Origin: Felis catus
Lineage: Eukaryota
Assembly: GCF_018350175.1 (NCBI RefSeq)
Contig: NC_058368.1
Span: 70,060,001 to 70,124,000 of the forward strand
Reading direction: 5' to 3'
Length of the DNA stretch: 64,000 nucleotides
In this document: positions 50,347 through 62,969 of the stretch, one piece after another
How the letters are laid out: each line of letters opens with the position of its first letter
Numbering within the stretch: position 1 is the first letter of the stretch
Position numbers and translations under genes: made by a program
The notes under the pieces: generated by a model
Seen by the model: only the letters and a program-made list of their open reading frames with translations
Database searches by the model: none
What the model was told of the DNA's origin: nothing

Positions 50347-51825
50347 AAAATAACGTGCCATCAATTTTTTATATGCTACTGGATGTTATTTTATCTTTTT
50401 TTCTGATTCAGGAGGCAGATCTGTAGTTTATCACTCTGATATCAGTTATTATTACAAAGAAATGGTGATATGTACTATAAAAGCAAAGTCTGTATAGATT
50501 TTACTCAAAAACAAACTAAAAATGGCTTCTATAACAAAAAGATAAGTCCTCTCATTAAAGTAGAGTGTGGATTACTGAACATCAAAGTTTAATTTAGTCA
50601 GGTAAATTATTCAAGCCAATGTCAAGTCTACAAATACCTAGACATTTATAGACATGTATAGGCATAATATTTTGAGTAGGAATAACCAGTAAGAAAAAAA
50701 AAAAGAAAAGAAAGAACCAGTAATCATTGATAGTTCATTTTGAGAGACCGTATGTCAATACAAAATTGTAGAGTCGTAGAAACTATGATGTCATAGTAAT
50801 TAAACACTGGGACATATATGAGTAATATTCTCAATATAATTCCATGTATTAATTTACTTAGGATTCTCAGCAATCACAGCACCTGAAAACCAGAGCTAAT
50901 CCAGACAATGGCTGGACAGTGATGACCTTGAAAGGTGGTTATACAGAAAGCCTAATGGTTTTATCACCTCGCTTAAAATTTAAATGCCAGGATATATCTT
51001 CTAAATTGCCAATCCACGCAAAGTGTAAGTAATTACTGGTTGGAAAAAAAATCCTCAATGAACTTAATGCATTTGGAAAGCTCGCTTTTTATGTTATTAG
51101 ACTGACCTTAAGAAGATCTCAGTACCCTAAGCTCACAAGCCACTGAGACAGCTGTTTAAAATGTAATTAGCCAGTTCCGTTTTTAAGTGTGCCATAGCAA
51201 TGCAACTGAGGTCACTGAGGACCTGTCTGTGGAATTAGCACACTAATGCTGTGTATGGGGGTGTGTGTGTGCACAAAAAAGCCTATAGTAGCCTGTGTAT
51301 GTGCAGTGTATTTAAACATTTTCATTTAAATGTCACTTGTTCCATCTGGCATTAATTTAATCTAATCATAATTCTTATGAAACTAAATGTTGTCCCTATT
51401 ATCTGCCATTTAGAAAGAAAGTAAATGCGTGACTGGGCTTGAGCAATGGCATACTTCATGGCTTAATTCACATCTCCACCATATTATTCTTCTCAAGTTA
51501 GAGTTGAGAATCCCTTACAGCAGAATAATCACTTGGGATGCTTGTTAAAATACAGATTCCCAAAATAAACAAACCAAAACCAAAACCCAAACCAAAACCA
51601 AACCAGATTTCAGACACCACACTCACCCACCGAATATGGGGATTAGCGGAGCAGGGGAGCTTGGGAATCTAAGTAATTTCTAACTAAGCACACTAAAATT
51701 TGAGGGCCACTGTACCAGGTGAAGCTTTCTGAGGCAGGTACATCAGTTATACATCCTCAAGCTAACACATGGCACAGAGCTAGTTTATAGAATGAATCAA
51801 TGTACGTAAATATAGAAATTTCCAT

Positions 51826-52055
51826 GGGGAGCTTGAGTGGCTCAGCCAACCAAGCTGACTCTTAATTTTAGTTAACCATCCAACTCTTCACTTCGGTTTG
51901 GGTCACCATCTCAATGTTTGGGAGTTTGAGCCCTGCATCAGGCTCTGTGCTGACAGCGTGGAGCCTGCTTGGGATTCTCTGTCTTCCTTTTCTCTGCCTC
52001 TCCCCTGCTCTCTCTCTCTCCTTCCCCCACCCCAAAAATAAAATAAATTAAAAAT
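51826..52055 (+). mobile_element. Can-SINE
   Basis: TSD tagaaatttcca; head region rearranged. Confidence 0.85.
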
Positions 52056-53363
52056 TAGAAATTTCCAGGTCACAAAGAACTCAGACAACTTCTAGCTGAG
52101 ACTGTAAGGGACTGTGGTTTTGGTGTTTCTCCTCAATGGGAAGAAAGCATCACACGCAGTCCAGTGTCCCGGGGCAGGGGCCATACCTTGCTCACACTGC
52201 TATCTCCAGTACCCTGTTTAGTGCCAAGGAAGCTCGGTAAATATTTGCAAAATGAAGCGGGACATATACGTCCTGGTGTGAGCCAAGGGTAGAGCAATTA
52301 GACAAGCTGCATGGGTGAAGTTCACCAGTCACTACTGCAATGACCTGAAGGACTACAAAAGTGCCTCCACGGATATTGATTTTGGGGTTACAAAGAAATT
52401 TCAACAAGTGGGCAACTGGTCAGGATGAACTGTATTTTCTATTTCCCCTCCTAGAGTCCCTCTTGGCCCTGTCCTTCCTCGCTCTGTGCTTTGGGAGGTC
52501 AAAGCACCAGACCACTGGCCTGCATGCTGGGCTCCCTGTCCTCTGCTCCTGGCTGAGTTCAGAACATGGAAGGCTCAGTAGGAGCCTAGAGGGCAGGAGG
52601 AGAGGGAGGATGGGGTGGCTATGCACTTGCCCCTCTCTGCCAGGGTGCAGGACTGAGCTCACCCCTAAAATTTGTCAGGCGCCCCCTCCATGTGGTTTCT
52701 CTCCCCTCCCCTGGCCCACAGGGTGTCGGGTGGTAAGCTGGCTGTTGCTCACCTCAAGGGTACTGAGATATTACTTACTGGTTTCTCTATACCCTGTCCA
52801 AACTTTTCAAAATAGTCCCTTTATTAGCCTTTCTTCAATGTCCTGAGTATGCTACCTATTTCTTCATGGGATCCTGCATGAGGGATCCCCAAAACTTCAC
52901 GGGCTGTGTAGAATTTTGACATCACAGGGGACTCGGAATTCTTCAATCTGCACGGACTCCAAATTGCATAACAGAATTGTAAACAGGATGGGATGTTTCT
53001 TTTTATCTAATCAAAAGCAGCTGGGAGGGAGTCTGCTCTTTAGATCAGAGTCCGGGAAGATGAACTGCGATCAATAAAAACCCATCTGTGGTCTGCTGCT
53101 AGGAGAACTGTGTATTTTTATGTAGCTCAACGAAAATCCTATTAGGAGAGCATGAGGCATTTAAGTACATCTAATAACACAGATTAAAAGGGCAATGATC
53201 TTTATTAAGCTATATGTTACACACCTATTCCCATCAGCTTTCCCCAAAACTCCTTCTGGGAGAGAAATGTTCAACTTTCTCTTTTTCTTGAAATGTCCTG
53301 ATAGCCAAAGCAAAAATGTGTGTGGCAACTTCTGTTTCCTGGCTTTTAGAACACGTTATTCTT

Positions 53364-53585
53364 GGGGTGCCTGGGTGGCTCAGTCAGTAAAGCCTCCGGC
53401 TTCGGCTCAGGTCATGATCTCGCAGTTTGTGAGTTCAAGCCCCACGTCAGGCTCTGTGCTGATAGCTCAGAGCCTGGAGCCTGCTTCCGATTCTGTGTCT
53501 CTCTCTCTTTCTGCCCCTCCCCCACTCGTGCTCTGTCTCTCCGTCTCTCTGTCTCTCTCTCAAGTAAACAAACATTAAAAAAAAT
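53364..53585 (+). mobile_element. Can-SINE (felid type)
   Basis: TSD agaaca(c/t)gttattctt. Confidence 0.92.
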
Positions 53586-54459
53586 TTGTTCAGAACATGT
53601 TATTCTTTCAACTCCCAGCTAGTTTCAGTCTTGATGTGCAGGGGTTGCACACGACTTTATAACCCCACCGAGTCATACCCTAATCATTATAGATCGTCAC
53701 GTACTATGGACCTTGTTAAATATTTACCAACTTTATGCTTCAAGGACAGGGTGGAAAATCCATATTCTGGAAATAATTGATAAAGTTACCCCCTCACATG
53801 TTTAGTGATCAGACTGGATGCCATTCACAAATTTCCTCAGGAAAGCCTGCACATGATTTCCTAGGCTGATTCCCTCGCCGGCAGTGATTACTCCAGCCTG
53901 ATACTTAGTCAGATGGGCTGACCTGAGCTTCATTTATCATCCCCGCGGGACAGGTTACTGAGAACTGTTTACTTTCAACTCCGTAGTTGTTCTTGGCATA
54001 GTTGCTTTCCTTACCAAATTCTAAACAAAATGCTAGACTCCAGAGGTCTGTTTAGGCACGGGGGACTAGGGTGCTTTCTGCAAGGAGACAATACATTCAA
54101 GCCTCTTCTCAGAGAAGAACCCAGTCAAATACCTTGAAGGAGGAGTTCAAAGCCAAGAGCGTGCAAGCCTTATTGCCTCAGTGACAGGTTGCACACTTCA
54201 GAGCAAAAATTAAAAATTACCTTTTGCCCAGGCATTTCAAGGTAGAGAGGCAGCTGAACTATTAACGCCATGTAATAACAGGCCTTTTTTTTTGTTGTTG
54301 CTGTTTTTTTTTTTTTTTTTTTAATCCTTCGGGCTACTCAGAAAACTTTATTGTGGTTAAAGTTATTTTAATATTTACATGTAAAATGCATTCAATATAT
54401 TATCTTTCTTTTTCATGCTTACTTTTTAATTGAGAGGTTCATTTGAGACCAATTGAGGA

Positions 54460-54938
54460 CAGTGGTTCTTAAACTCTGGGGGCTTAAGACCCCTTTATAT
54501 ATCATTGAAATTATTGAGAATTCCTTAAAAATGACTGAGAACTTTTATGTATATGGGTGTTATCTCTCAATATTTACATATATTACATGGACTGGAAACT
54601 GGAAAATATTAAAAGGCTTATTAATTTAATTAAAATAATAAACCTATGTTAATGAAAAAATAACATTTTTTATGAAAAAAATTTCACCCCTCCCCCCCAA
54701 AAAAAATTAGGGGAAAAAGTAGCACTATTTTACATTTTTGCAACTCTCTTTAACATCTGATGTCATAGGAGAAACCTGAATTCTCATATTTGCTTCTGCT
54801 TTCAATCTTTTCAATATGCTGTTCTGGACGATGTATACAAAGAAAGTCCAGTCTCACACACACATCCAGTTGGAAAAGGAAGGACCTCAAAGACTTCCTA
54901 AAAGGTCCGGGGTTCCCTCAACCACACTTTGAGAACTG
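54460..54938. mobile_element. Non-autonomous hAT-like DNA transposon
   Basis: Terminal inverted-repeat-like ends cagtggttcttaaa ... tttgagaactg; family not assigned. Confidence 0.6.
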
Positions 54939-55608
54939 ACTCAAAGTGTAATCTGCTAACATGTCCTGGTTAAGGTCACTGAAGATGTCTGATCACGGCT
55001 CTACTTACTGGGCAAGAACACGATTAAAAGTCATAATATTAATCGTAGGACCTCCACATCATAAAAACAAATACAACAGAGGAAGAATGTATTTCTTTCT
55101 TTCTCTGTTCTTTCTCTCTACATGAAGAAACAGACAATTTTATTTTTCTTTATTTAAAAGACAGGCAGGATCAACTAGCTTTCCCTTGACTGTTTCATCC
55201 TGTCCTGAGCTGAGGAGAAGCGGGCACACATGAAAAACCTTTCTGGCAGACATTGATCAAGAGGAAATTCAGGGAACATAAGCAGACAACTGGCATTTGC
55301 TCAAATTCCTAACTTTATTTCAAAGCTTTCTGGTTCCAGATAAGTGGCTGCAAGGTGATCCTGTTTTGGCAAGAAAATTACAGAAATTGCCATGATGATC
55401 TTAGGTCAAACTTTCTGATCTCTATTGGGGGTAGGACGGGGTGGTCTTCTTTACTAATGGTGAGAAGAATCTGGACTAAGGCACTCCAGTGGAGGCAGGG
55501 AACCAGGTCTGCTCTGCCCTGGAGCCCAGTCTGGCCTCTCATGGCTTTGAGTGTCTGTGGACATGGGGGAGAGGTCAGTGCTGGAGACACTGATTTAAAA
55601 GTCAGAGT

Positions 55609-55647
55609 GGCCGGTTAGTTCAGTTGGGCAGAGTGTGGTGCTAATAA
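55609..55647 (+). pseudogene. Tailless retropseudogene of the 5' half of tRNA-Ile(AAT)
   Basis: ggccggttagttcagttgggcagagtgtggtgctaataa matches the recalled tRNA-Ile-AAT 5' 39 nt at 35 positions and stops just after the AAT anticodon (55643-55645). Flanked by taaaagtcagagt (55596-55608) and taaaagtcagatt (55645-55657). Confidence 0.85.
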
Positions 55648-55995
55648 AAGTCAGATTAAAATAGCAATAAAACCCATGAACTGGAGAAATTAATGGCTGG
55701 AAAGAATGAGAAACCTTCTGGTCAGAATACTGCACCTATTACCACAACTGTTTGAGCTCTCAGCTTCACTTCCCTCCTAAATGAGCTGCTCAAGCTCTTT
55801 CCAGAGACAAGGAGGAAATCCTCGACAGGGGGATGGCGTAGCTTTCGCTGCTCTGTGTCAGCCGTCTGGAGCATTATTTTGGTCAGAGCAAAGTGTGCAG
55901 CCAGCAGCCGCCCAGAGAAAACCCTCGTGTGCAGAGCACAGCCGGCCCTGAGACACTCCATGACCCAACAAGCCCACGCTCGCCAAGGCGCTCAC

Positions 55996-56102
55996 CTCGT
56001 TGAAATGGACGTCTTGCATTCCGACATCTTCCATCATGGAGGCCTCCTCGTCTATGTTTGGGGTAATGACCCTGAAAGCTGTGCATCCTTGTCTAAACAT
56101 GC
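55996..56102 (-). CDS. DOCK9: DOCK9 exon
   Basis: 107 nt, phase 1 to 0, [36 protein letters not shown]; ttctag/gtgag. Confidence 0.97.
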
Positions 56103-57522
56103 CTAGAATGGAGACAGCAGGGGAGAGAGCTGGTCACTGACCCGCAATTGGATGGACCTGGAGGGCTCTCCCTGCCTGCCACGTTTCTGTGCTGAATGAC
56201 ACGACTGACTTTGAAACCTCTTATGTCTCAGGCTCCCATTCTCACAGGGAGCCACTGGGTGCTTTTCATCTGCTTCCTCATAGTTCACCTCACCTCCCTC
56301 AATTCTTTGCTCGTTTTAATTTTTCACCCACCTTTATTAACATATATGTAATCCTTAAATAAACCATAAATAAATGGAAACACATATTGGATCCAATTAA
56401 TAGTTAAAAAAGTAACATTAATTTGACTTGGTAAGATGGACCATGCTCAGATACCAAGAAAAATAAAGCCAAAGCCAATCAAAGCGAAACACAGGACTCA
56501 AAAAGGACTGTTTCCTTCAAGCTGCCACCTCCCCAACTCTGGCTGGGGGTAACCCAGAACTCGGATTAGAACTCGCTCTTCTCTTTCACAAAGCATTCTA
56601 CCAAGATGTAACTCAAGAGCCGCAGCCATGAGTGGAGAGCTTGTCTTAGCTGGTTCCATATCTGCTGCCCGAGGGGTAAGGAGAGGCCTTCTTTCTTCCC
56701 CAAAACAGAAGAGCAGGAGCCCGTACAGCACGAATGCTTCAGGGGCCTGTGCACTCAGATTCTCTGGGGGAGATGGTAGAAGGCTGGAGCTGGGATAAAC
56801 AACCGGGATAAGGATAAAGGCCTCAAGCGATAATGGCCCATTTGGGGCCTTCACTCAACTTGGGAGTCACTGGGGAAAAGTTCTGTGTCAGTTGGACAAT
56901 GCCAGCTGGGCAAAGGTGATCAAGTACAGAAAGGACCTCAAATGTCTTTGCCACTCTATTTTGAGATCACTTTACAATAAAACAAAACAGAAGTCAAAAC
57001 TTGAATGGAGACCTCCCCTAATTCAGAGAAAAGAGGAGTATAGAGTATTTTGAAATCAAGTCCCGAAAGAGTAGATCGTGACGTCAGGTATTTTTCTGCG
57101 ACATGATGGTCAGGGTTTCGGAGCCATTCACGGGTTGTCTGAGGTCTCTGCCACTGTCCCACCGGAGACTTGCTCTTATTCTTTGGAGACAAAAGCTTCC
57201 CCTATGGCAAGCATTAATCTAGGAGCTTGAGGCTATGTTAATGTACAAAAAGCAAAACTACAGAAGCCAACCACCCAGGTTTCCAGTAGAGAATACGTTT
57301 AAATATGCACCTCAGCTCCAGGGGGACAACTACAAGGGTGGCCCAAGTGCCTCCGGTCCTTGCACAGGAACAGATTGCCATGGAAACCGGAGAGGAAAGG
57401 AAGGGAGGGAAAGAGAGCCGAGCCTATCCATGCAGCGTTGCAAAAGAAAACCCCCACACCTCTAAGTGTCATGTGGATGGGGCAGCGGGGGCCCTGGGGG
57501 CCGGGCCCACCCTCAGGCTCAC

Positions 57523-57600
57523 CTCCCCGGCGCCTCCTCTGGCAGGTGCTGTGGCTGTAGGGGAAGAGGGGCAGCTCCGGACGGAGGGCTATGTCTGCTT
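57523..57600 (-). CDS. DOCK9: DOCK9 78-nt cassette exon
   Basis: gtgtttag|AAGCAGAC...GGGGAG|gtgagc; phase 1 to 1; EADIALRPELPLFPYSHSTCQRRRRG, resembling the recalled variable insert in human and mouse DOCK9 between YLTRK and G(V/M)FRQGC. Confidence 0.85.
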
Positions 57601-58453
57601 CTAAACACGAGGAAATGTGTTACCTGACAAAAGGTCTCAACAGGAAATCATGCTAGTAGCAAGAGAATATGGAGCCCTTCTTTAATTTCTTTCTCATTTG
57701 GGCTCTGATGTAGGATAAGCCTAGACTCCCTTAAATTCCATTCCAAACAGCCAGCTGTCCCAGAAATACAGAAATTCCCTGGCCTTGGCACATGACTTTA
57801 TATCATTTCTCACTTTGTAAATGTACTTCTTGTTGGCCAGATCTGGTGCTGCTGTGCTCTAGGACACAGGCATACGTGACCAGCTTTTCTAAAAACCTTG
57901 GTGTTCTTGATTTCAAACTGGAAATGAACGACTGGTGTTTAACCAAAAGAACCTGTGAACGAATTCATGGCCTGCTCATCTGGGAACAAACACATAATGC
58001 ACAAATGAGCAGCACCCACACACTCCTGCCTTCTCCTCCTTCCCTGGGGAGGCGAGGTTTCTAGCCAGCAAGGCTGCCTTCCCACATAGTGAAGCCAACT
58101 GGGCCGCGGTTCCAGAAAACACTGTCAAATAATCTCCTGTTACAATTGCCATTTGATTGATAAACAGTTCCAGTGGGAATCTGAAGGGAAAATAAATCTC
58201 AGCTTGAGATTGGCCAGTCAAGGACACCCAGATGCAAAGCTCATTAACGAGTTTTTTGCAAGACAGAGCCATTAGTTAAAGGTTATACAATAACATGCCA
58301 TACAGTTTTGTTTTTGATATTGGCATTTCTGCTGTGCCTACCAAGCCAAGCAAATGTGAATAAAATAATGAATATAGCGTACACACACACAGACACACAG
58401 ACACACAGACACACACACACACACAACAAATCCAAACCTCCCACCTCCCGATC

Positions 58454-58501
58454 TTTCTTTGTACAGTTCTGTATTCATTTCTTTGTACAGTTCTGTATTC
58501 A
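58454..58501. repeat. Perfect 24-bp tandem duplication
   Basis: tttctttgtacagttctgtattca x2. Confidence 0.95.
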
Positions 58502-58530
58502 TTTCACAAAACACAGGAATCATTCCTTAC

Positions 58531-58588
58531 CTTTCCGCGTGAGATATTCTGCCACCAGGGCTGTGACATGGACATAACACATCGCTGC
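58531..58588 (-). CDS. DOCK9: DOCK9 exon
   Basis: 58 nt, phase 0 to 1, AAMCYVHVTALVAEYLTRK; ttgtag/gtaagg. Confidence 0.96.
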
Positions 58589-60019
58589 CTACAATAAAAG
58601 ACACATGCTTCAGAATCATGTCATAATGCTCACGGACAGGAATCTAATGGCTGCACGTACTTACAATAGGTCTCAAGGGAACTAGGGGTTCTAATGGCTG
58701 ACATCTTACCTTTTGAAAAAGGTAGAACACTTCACATAAAATGAAATTTTGAAACAAATTGCAAATTGAGACAAATGGTAGTAAATATACTAAGTCTCAT
58801 TTCTATTTTGAATTACTGAATTTTAACATGAAAGATAAAAAAACATTTTTTCTTATACTATTGAAAATTCCTGCATCATTTCTCCTAAGGTAAAAAGAGG
58901 CCCATTTGAAGAAAAGGTGTGTGTCTTCCTAGATTCTGGGAGAAGTGCTCATATTTCAGCAGCTAATATATTTTTCTCTCAACTTAAGAAAATGTAGTAA
59001 CTACTTTCCGACATAGAATTATAAACCAAAATTATAACTTAATGTTATAATTAATGTTAGATAACATTATAAACACCTTAAAATGAAAGAAAAATAAAAA
59101 TAATCTTTTGTTTTTTTTTTTACTAAGTTGCCACAGTGTTATAAAAAAAAAATCACAAATAGCTGTTGGAAATGAACCTGATTCTGACGCCTGAACCCCT
59201 GGTTCTTGTCAGAATGACAGAAAAATCACCCCTACCAGTAATATGTAATTCACTGTTATCACAGCTAAAATATAGTTCAGAATAAATTTATGGTCAAACA
59301 GAATGAACTTCTTGAATAATCAATACATAAAAATAGTTACATGAAACTTTCAGATGTAGAACATAATTTTACTAATTTAGACAATTAACAGAAGTTTAAA
59401 AGTAAAAGCATGCTTCTTTAGTAATACTGTTGATCATACCTAAATGTCTTAGGCACAAATCGTAAACACAGTTTTTGGGGGAACAAAGAACCTGCCATAC
59501 AGCCTACTGCTTTCTTTGATTTTGCCCCTTTTACAGACGATGTCATGGAGACCCAGAGGGGTTAACAATGGACTCAATGTCACAGACTTAGTGAGAGTTG
59601 GACGTGAGATTCGGTCTGTCCCTGGGGCCTGCGCGCCTAGCTCCCTGCCGCCACTCTGTCTACTAAGGGAAACGTGGCCCCTCTGTACAAGGGTAGTGCT
59701 CTCACACCTACCACATCCACAGACAACAGACCACCTCAAAAAGGAAACAGCAATGTCCTATCATTGCTTTAAGAACAGGAAAATTAAACTTCATCATAAA
59801 AGAGCTGGATTTTAGGACTAGACAGAAGTTTCGATGCAGGAGCTGAAGAACACACTGGAATCAGCAGGCCACCTATGTGAACATAGGTGCTAAGAGCTTT
59901 CAGAAAATGCTCTCTTGTGGCAGGAACATGCCTCTACCGTGCTGTAAACTACCGAGATGCTTAGAAGACTATGAAGTATCACTTCTTTAATTACTGGGAT
60001 ATTTTCTTAAAATTGGTTT

Positions 60020-60217
60020 CTTTTCTTTTTTTTTTTAATGTTTATTTATTTTTGAGTGAGCGGGGAGGGGGCGCAGGGGTGGGGTGGGGATAGAGGATCT
60101 GAAGCAGGCTCTGCGCTGACAGCAGAAAGCCTGATGTGGGGTTTGAATTCATGAATTGTGAAATCGTGACCTGAGCCGAAGTCAGATGCTTGACCGACTG
60201 AACCACACAGGTGCCCC
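60020..60217 (-). mobile_element. Can-SINE
   Basis: TSD ttaaaattggtttctt; lies ~80 nt from a DOCK9 donor site. Confidence 0.9.
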
Positions 60218-60296
60218 GTTAAAATTGGTTTCTTCTAGCGAATGAGACACAACTAGTTTCTCCCAAAATCCCAGATTGAGAGGCTTGCAGGACTAC

Positions 60297-60512
60297 CTCA
60301 GAGAGATCCCCATTTTTGACGTGGATCCTGGCCATGCTGTCCAGCCACGTCTTCCTGAGCTCGGGAGTGCTGGCATAGGACTTGGCCAGACTGTACTGGA
60401 GGTCTACCAGCATCTCCGGGTCATTCTCGTGCTCCTTCATTTGGGCGGTGGCCATCAGAACTGTGCGGATCCTTTTGGTCAAGTCCTTCACGTCCGAGGA
60501 GAAGGTAGTGTG
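60297..60512 (-). CDS. DOCK9: DOCK9 exon (DHR2 start)
   Basis: 216 nt, [72 protein letters not shown]; tttag/gtagtc. Confidence 0.97.
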
Positions 60513-60606
60513 CTAAAGCAAGGTGGAAGAAGGACACACGGGTTCAGCTGTGTTCTGCCTGTCTGCACACACACCAGATGATGAGGCAGTCTTGGGGGCC
60601 ACCCAC

Positions 60607-60720
60607 CTTGATGAGCCTGTCACTGTTGGCACAGTTGTTGATGATGGACAAGGACTGCTGGAATCTGGTTCCCCCGATCCCAACAACATCTGCTATCAGC
60701 TGGCTGACAGAAATAATGAC
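60607..60720 (-). CDS. DOCK9: DOCK9 exon
   Basis: 114 nt, VIISVSQLIADVVGIGGTRFQQSLSIINNCANSDRLIK; ctaag/gtgggt; 94-nt intron to the next exon. Confidence 0.97.
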
Positions 60721-61199
60721 CTTAGGGACACACAAATGTGAACAGATCATTTCACCTTCAAATGACTCCCTAAACTTGGCTCTTGTCTTCAGTTAGGATG
60801 TGCAAAGTTTTGAGCACAGATCATTTTAGTGCAGGAAACAATGCCTGAGTCATCTTTTTCCCCTTCCAAGAACCATTCCAGAAGGTGACTTTGCTATCCT
60901 TAAGTATTTTGTTTGCACAGCAAAATGCTAATCAGGAGGACGTAGGCACGAGAATCAGATAAGACCTTATCACTTGGATAGTTACTCGCTTTCTCTAATA
61001 AAAAGGGAGACCTTATCATTTACCCCATCAGTTACTGGTTTGAGCTTATACACACTAAATATTCAATAAGTGGACTGTCCTTTGTATTTTTTTATTAAAA
61101 CATTTACATATTAGCTATGCAGTGGGGGAGGGGGGAGCACCTGTCTTTACTGGGGTCTGTGAAGTGCTCTGCCTTTACTCAGTTACACAAAGTAAAAAC

Positions 61200-61800
61200 G
61201 GGTGTCATCCTTATTCCCTCCTTTTCCTTCACCATCCCCTCCATTCCTTCACAATCAATCTTTAAGCACTGTGAACTCATGCTCTTCTTCTAACCTTGCC
61301 ATGCCTGGTCTAGGGCACCATCCTCTCTGGCCTGGATTTGACCAAGGTTTCCCCAAAGTCTCTCTAGTTGAGCCCTTGACTCCCCTGATCCATTGTCAGC
61401 TCTAGGTCCACGCGATCTCTCCAAATATGCAATGATGTCTTCTTGACTTGCTCTCACCCGTATTCTTAATTCACCATGAGGATGTCGTCCAGCTCCCTGG
61501 ATAGGCCCTTCCCCTGGTGCATCCATGGCCTGACACATGCTCACCCTCTAGACGTGCTAACCTCTGTTGGTCCTTCCCATCTTCTGAGAAGCCTCCCTGC
61601 CCTGGCCAGATGCCCTTCCCTTCCGTGGTGCACTCAAGTTCCTCTATCACGGCACTGGGGACAGTGTACCGACAGTGTACAGACAGTGTACAGTCTGTCT
61701 TCCAGTGGACTGTACACTCCATGAGGGCCAGGGGAGGGTTGTTTGATTCATGGTTGTATCTGTGAATTCTAGCATGTAGTTTGCAAACAATAAGTATTTA
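61200..61800 (+). mobile_element. L2 remnant
   Basis: gcaccatcctctctggcctggatt...gaagcctccctgccc...ctccatgagggcca...tagcatgtagtt...caataagtatt. Confidence 0.6.
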
Positions 61801-62318
61801 CTTAAAAAAGGAATAAACACAGAGATAGAAAAGGCACTCCTACATGAGTTTGTAGAAAAAGGGAGTCTATAAAAATACTTAAGACTTTTCCATATCTTGC
61901 ACGGTTCCTAGAGCAGAGCATCTGAGACATGTTAACTCTGGAGGGATGGTAGGTATGTCAGTAGATGGAAGACAGAAAAGAACCACTATGGACTTCCTAT
62001 GTTTTTCAGCTAAGATGTTCGCTATTGGGCATCCTCACGTAGATTCTAATAGATTGTGATTCAATGGAATTTCAGTCGGTCCAATACCGAGTCAATTTTC
62101 AAATGTCCCTTTACCGACAGAAACACATTCTGGGCCCAAATCTTACAATGTGGAGAATGAAACAAACCAAACCAGTGAACGTGACTTTCCAATTTTCCAT
62201 TGCAAGGCCATACCTTGTTGTGCTTACACTGAGGTCTATCGGTAAGCGTGACAAAATCTTCCTGCTAAAACAGAACCCCATAGGGTACACCCGCGTTGAA
62301 AAGTGAAACTACACGCAC

Positions 62319-62501
62319 TTGCAAATGCGTCCGGACAAAGGACTTCTTTCCAGTGTAGTCGAAGTTGTTCCTCATGAGGAAGTACAGCAGCTGGGAGGCC
62401 TCGGTTCTGATGGAGCTCAGCTTGGAGTTGCAGCATTTCAGGATCTCGTAGCACAGAGCAGCACACATGTCGGCCCTCCCTTCATAGAACGTCGAGGGAA
62501 A
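62319..62501 (-). CDS. DOCK9: DOCK9 exon
   Basis: 183 nt, [61 protein letters not shown]; cccag/gtgcgt. Confidence 0.97.
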
Positions 62502-62617
62502 CTGGGGGGAACAGCAGAGAGCGAGGCCCACGTGGTGATCAGTGCTCCCTTCAACCCCAGGTGCAAGGCAGACAAGTACGGTCATCGACGAGGACATCCC
62601 CCAGGGAAGCAGCTCAC

Positions 62618-62755
62618 CNNNNNNNNNNNNNNNNNNNNNNNNNNNNNNNNNNNNNNNNNNNNNNNNNNNNNNNNNNNNNNNNNNNNNNNNNNNNNNNNNN
62701 NNNNNNNNNNNNNNNNNNNNNNNNNNNNNNNNNNNNNNNNNNNNNNNNNNNNNNN
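62618..62755 (-). CDS. DOCK9: Inferred DOCK9 exon hidden in an N gap (upper boundary predicted)
   Basis: Donor G|gtgagc abuts the gap at 62618; branch-point CACTAAC at 62780-62786 on the other side; gap size fits the recalled 138-nt preceding exon. The coding bases themselves are not visible. Confidence 0.6.
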
Positions 62756-62969
62756 NNNNNNNNNNNNNNNNNNNGCTTGGTTAGTGAGACCCACTGGACA
62801 CCTCAACTGGGTTCCACACAATTTTCAGACTCAAAGGTTCAATTTTCTAGGTACTAAGACAACTTATAATTTAAACAAACTCTGCCATGAATCTCTAGGA
62901 AAACACAGAATCCTCTTGTAATACAAATAAGCCTACAACAAATTCATGCTTTGGAGAGTCTGCTTTTTT

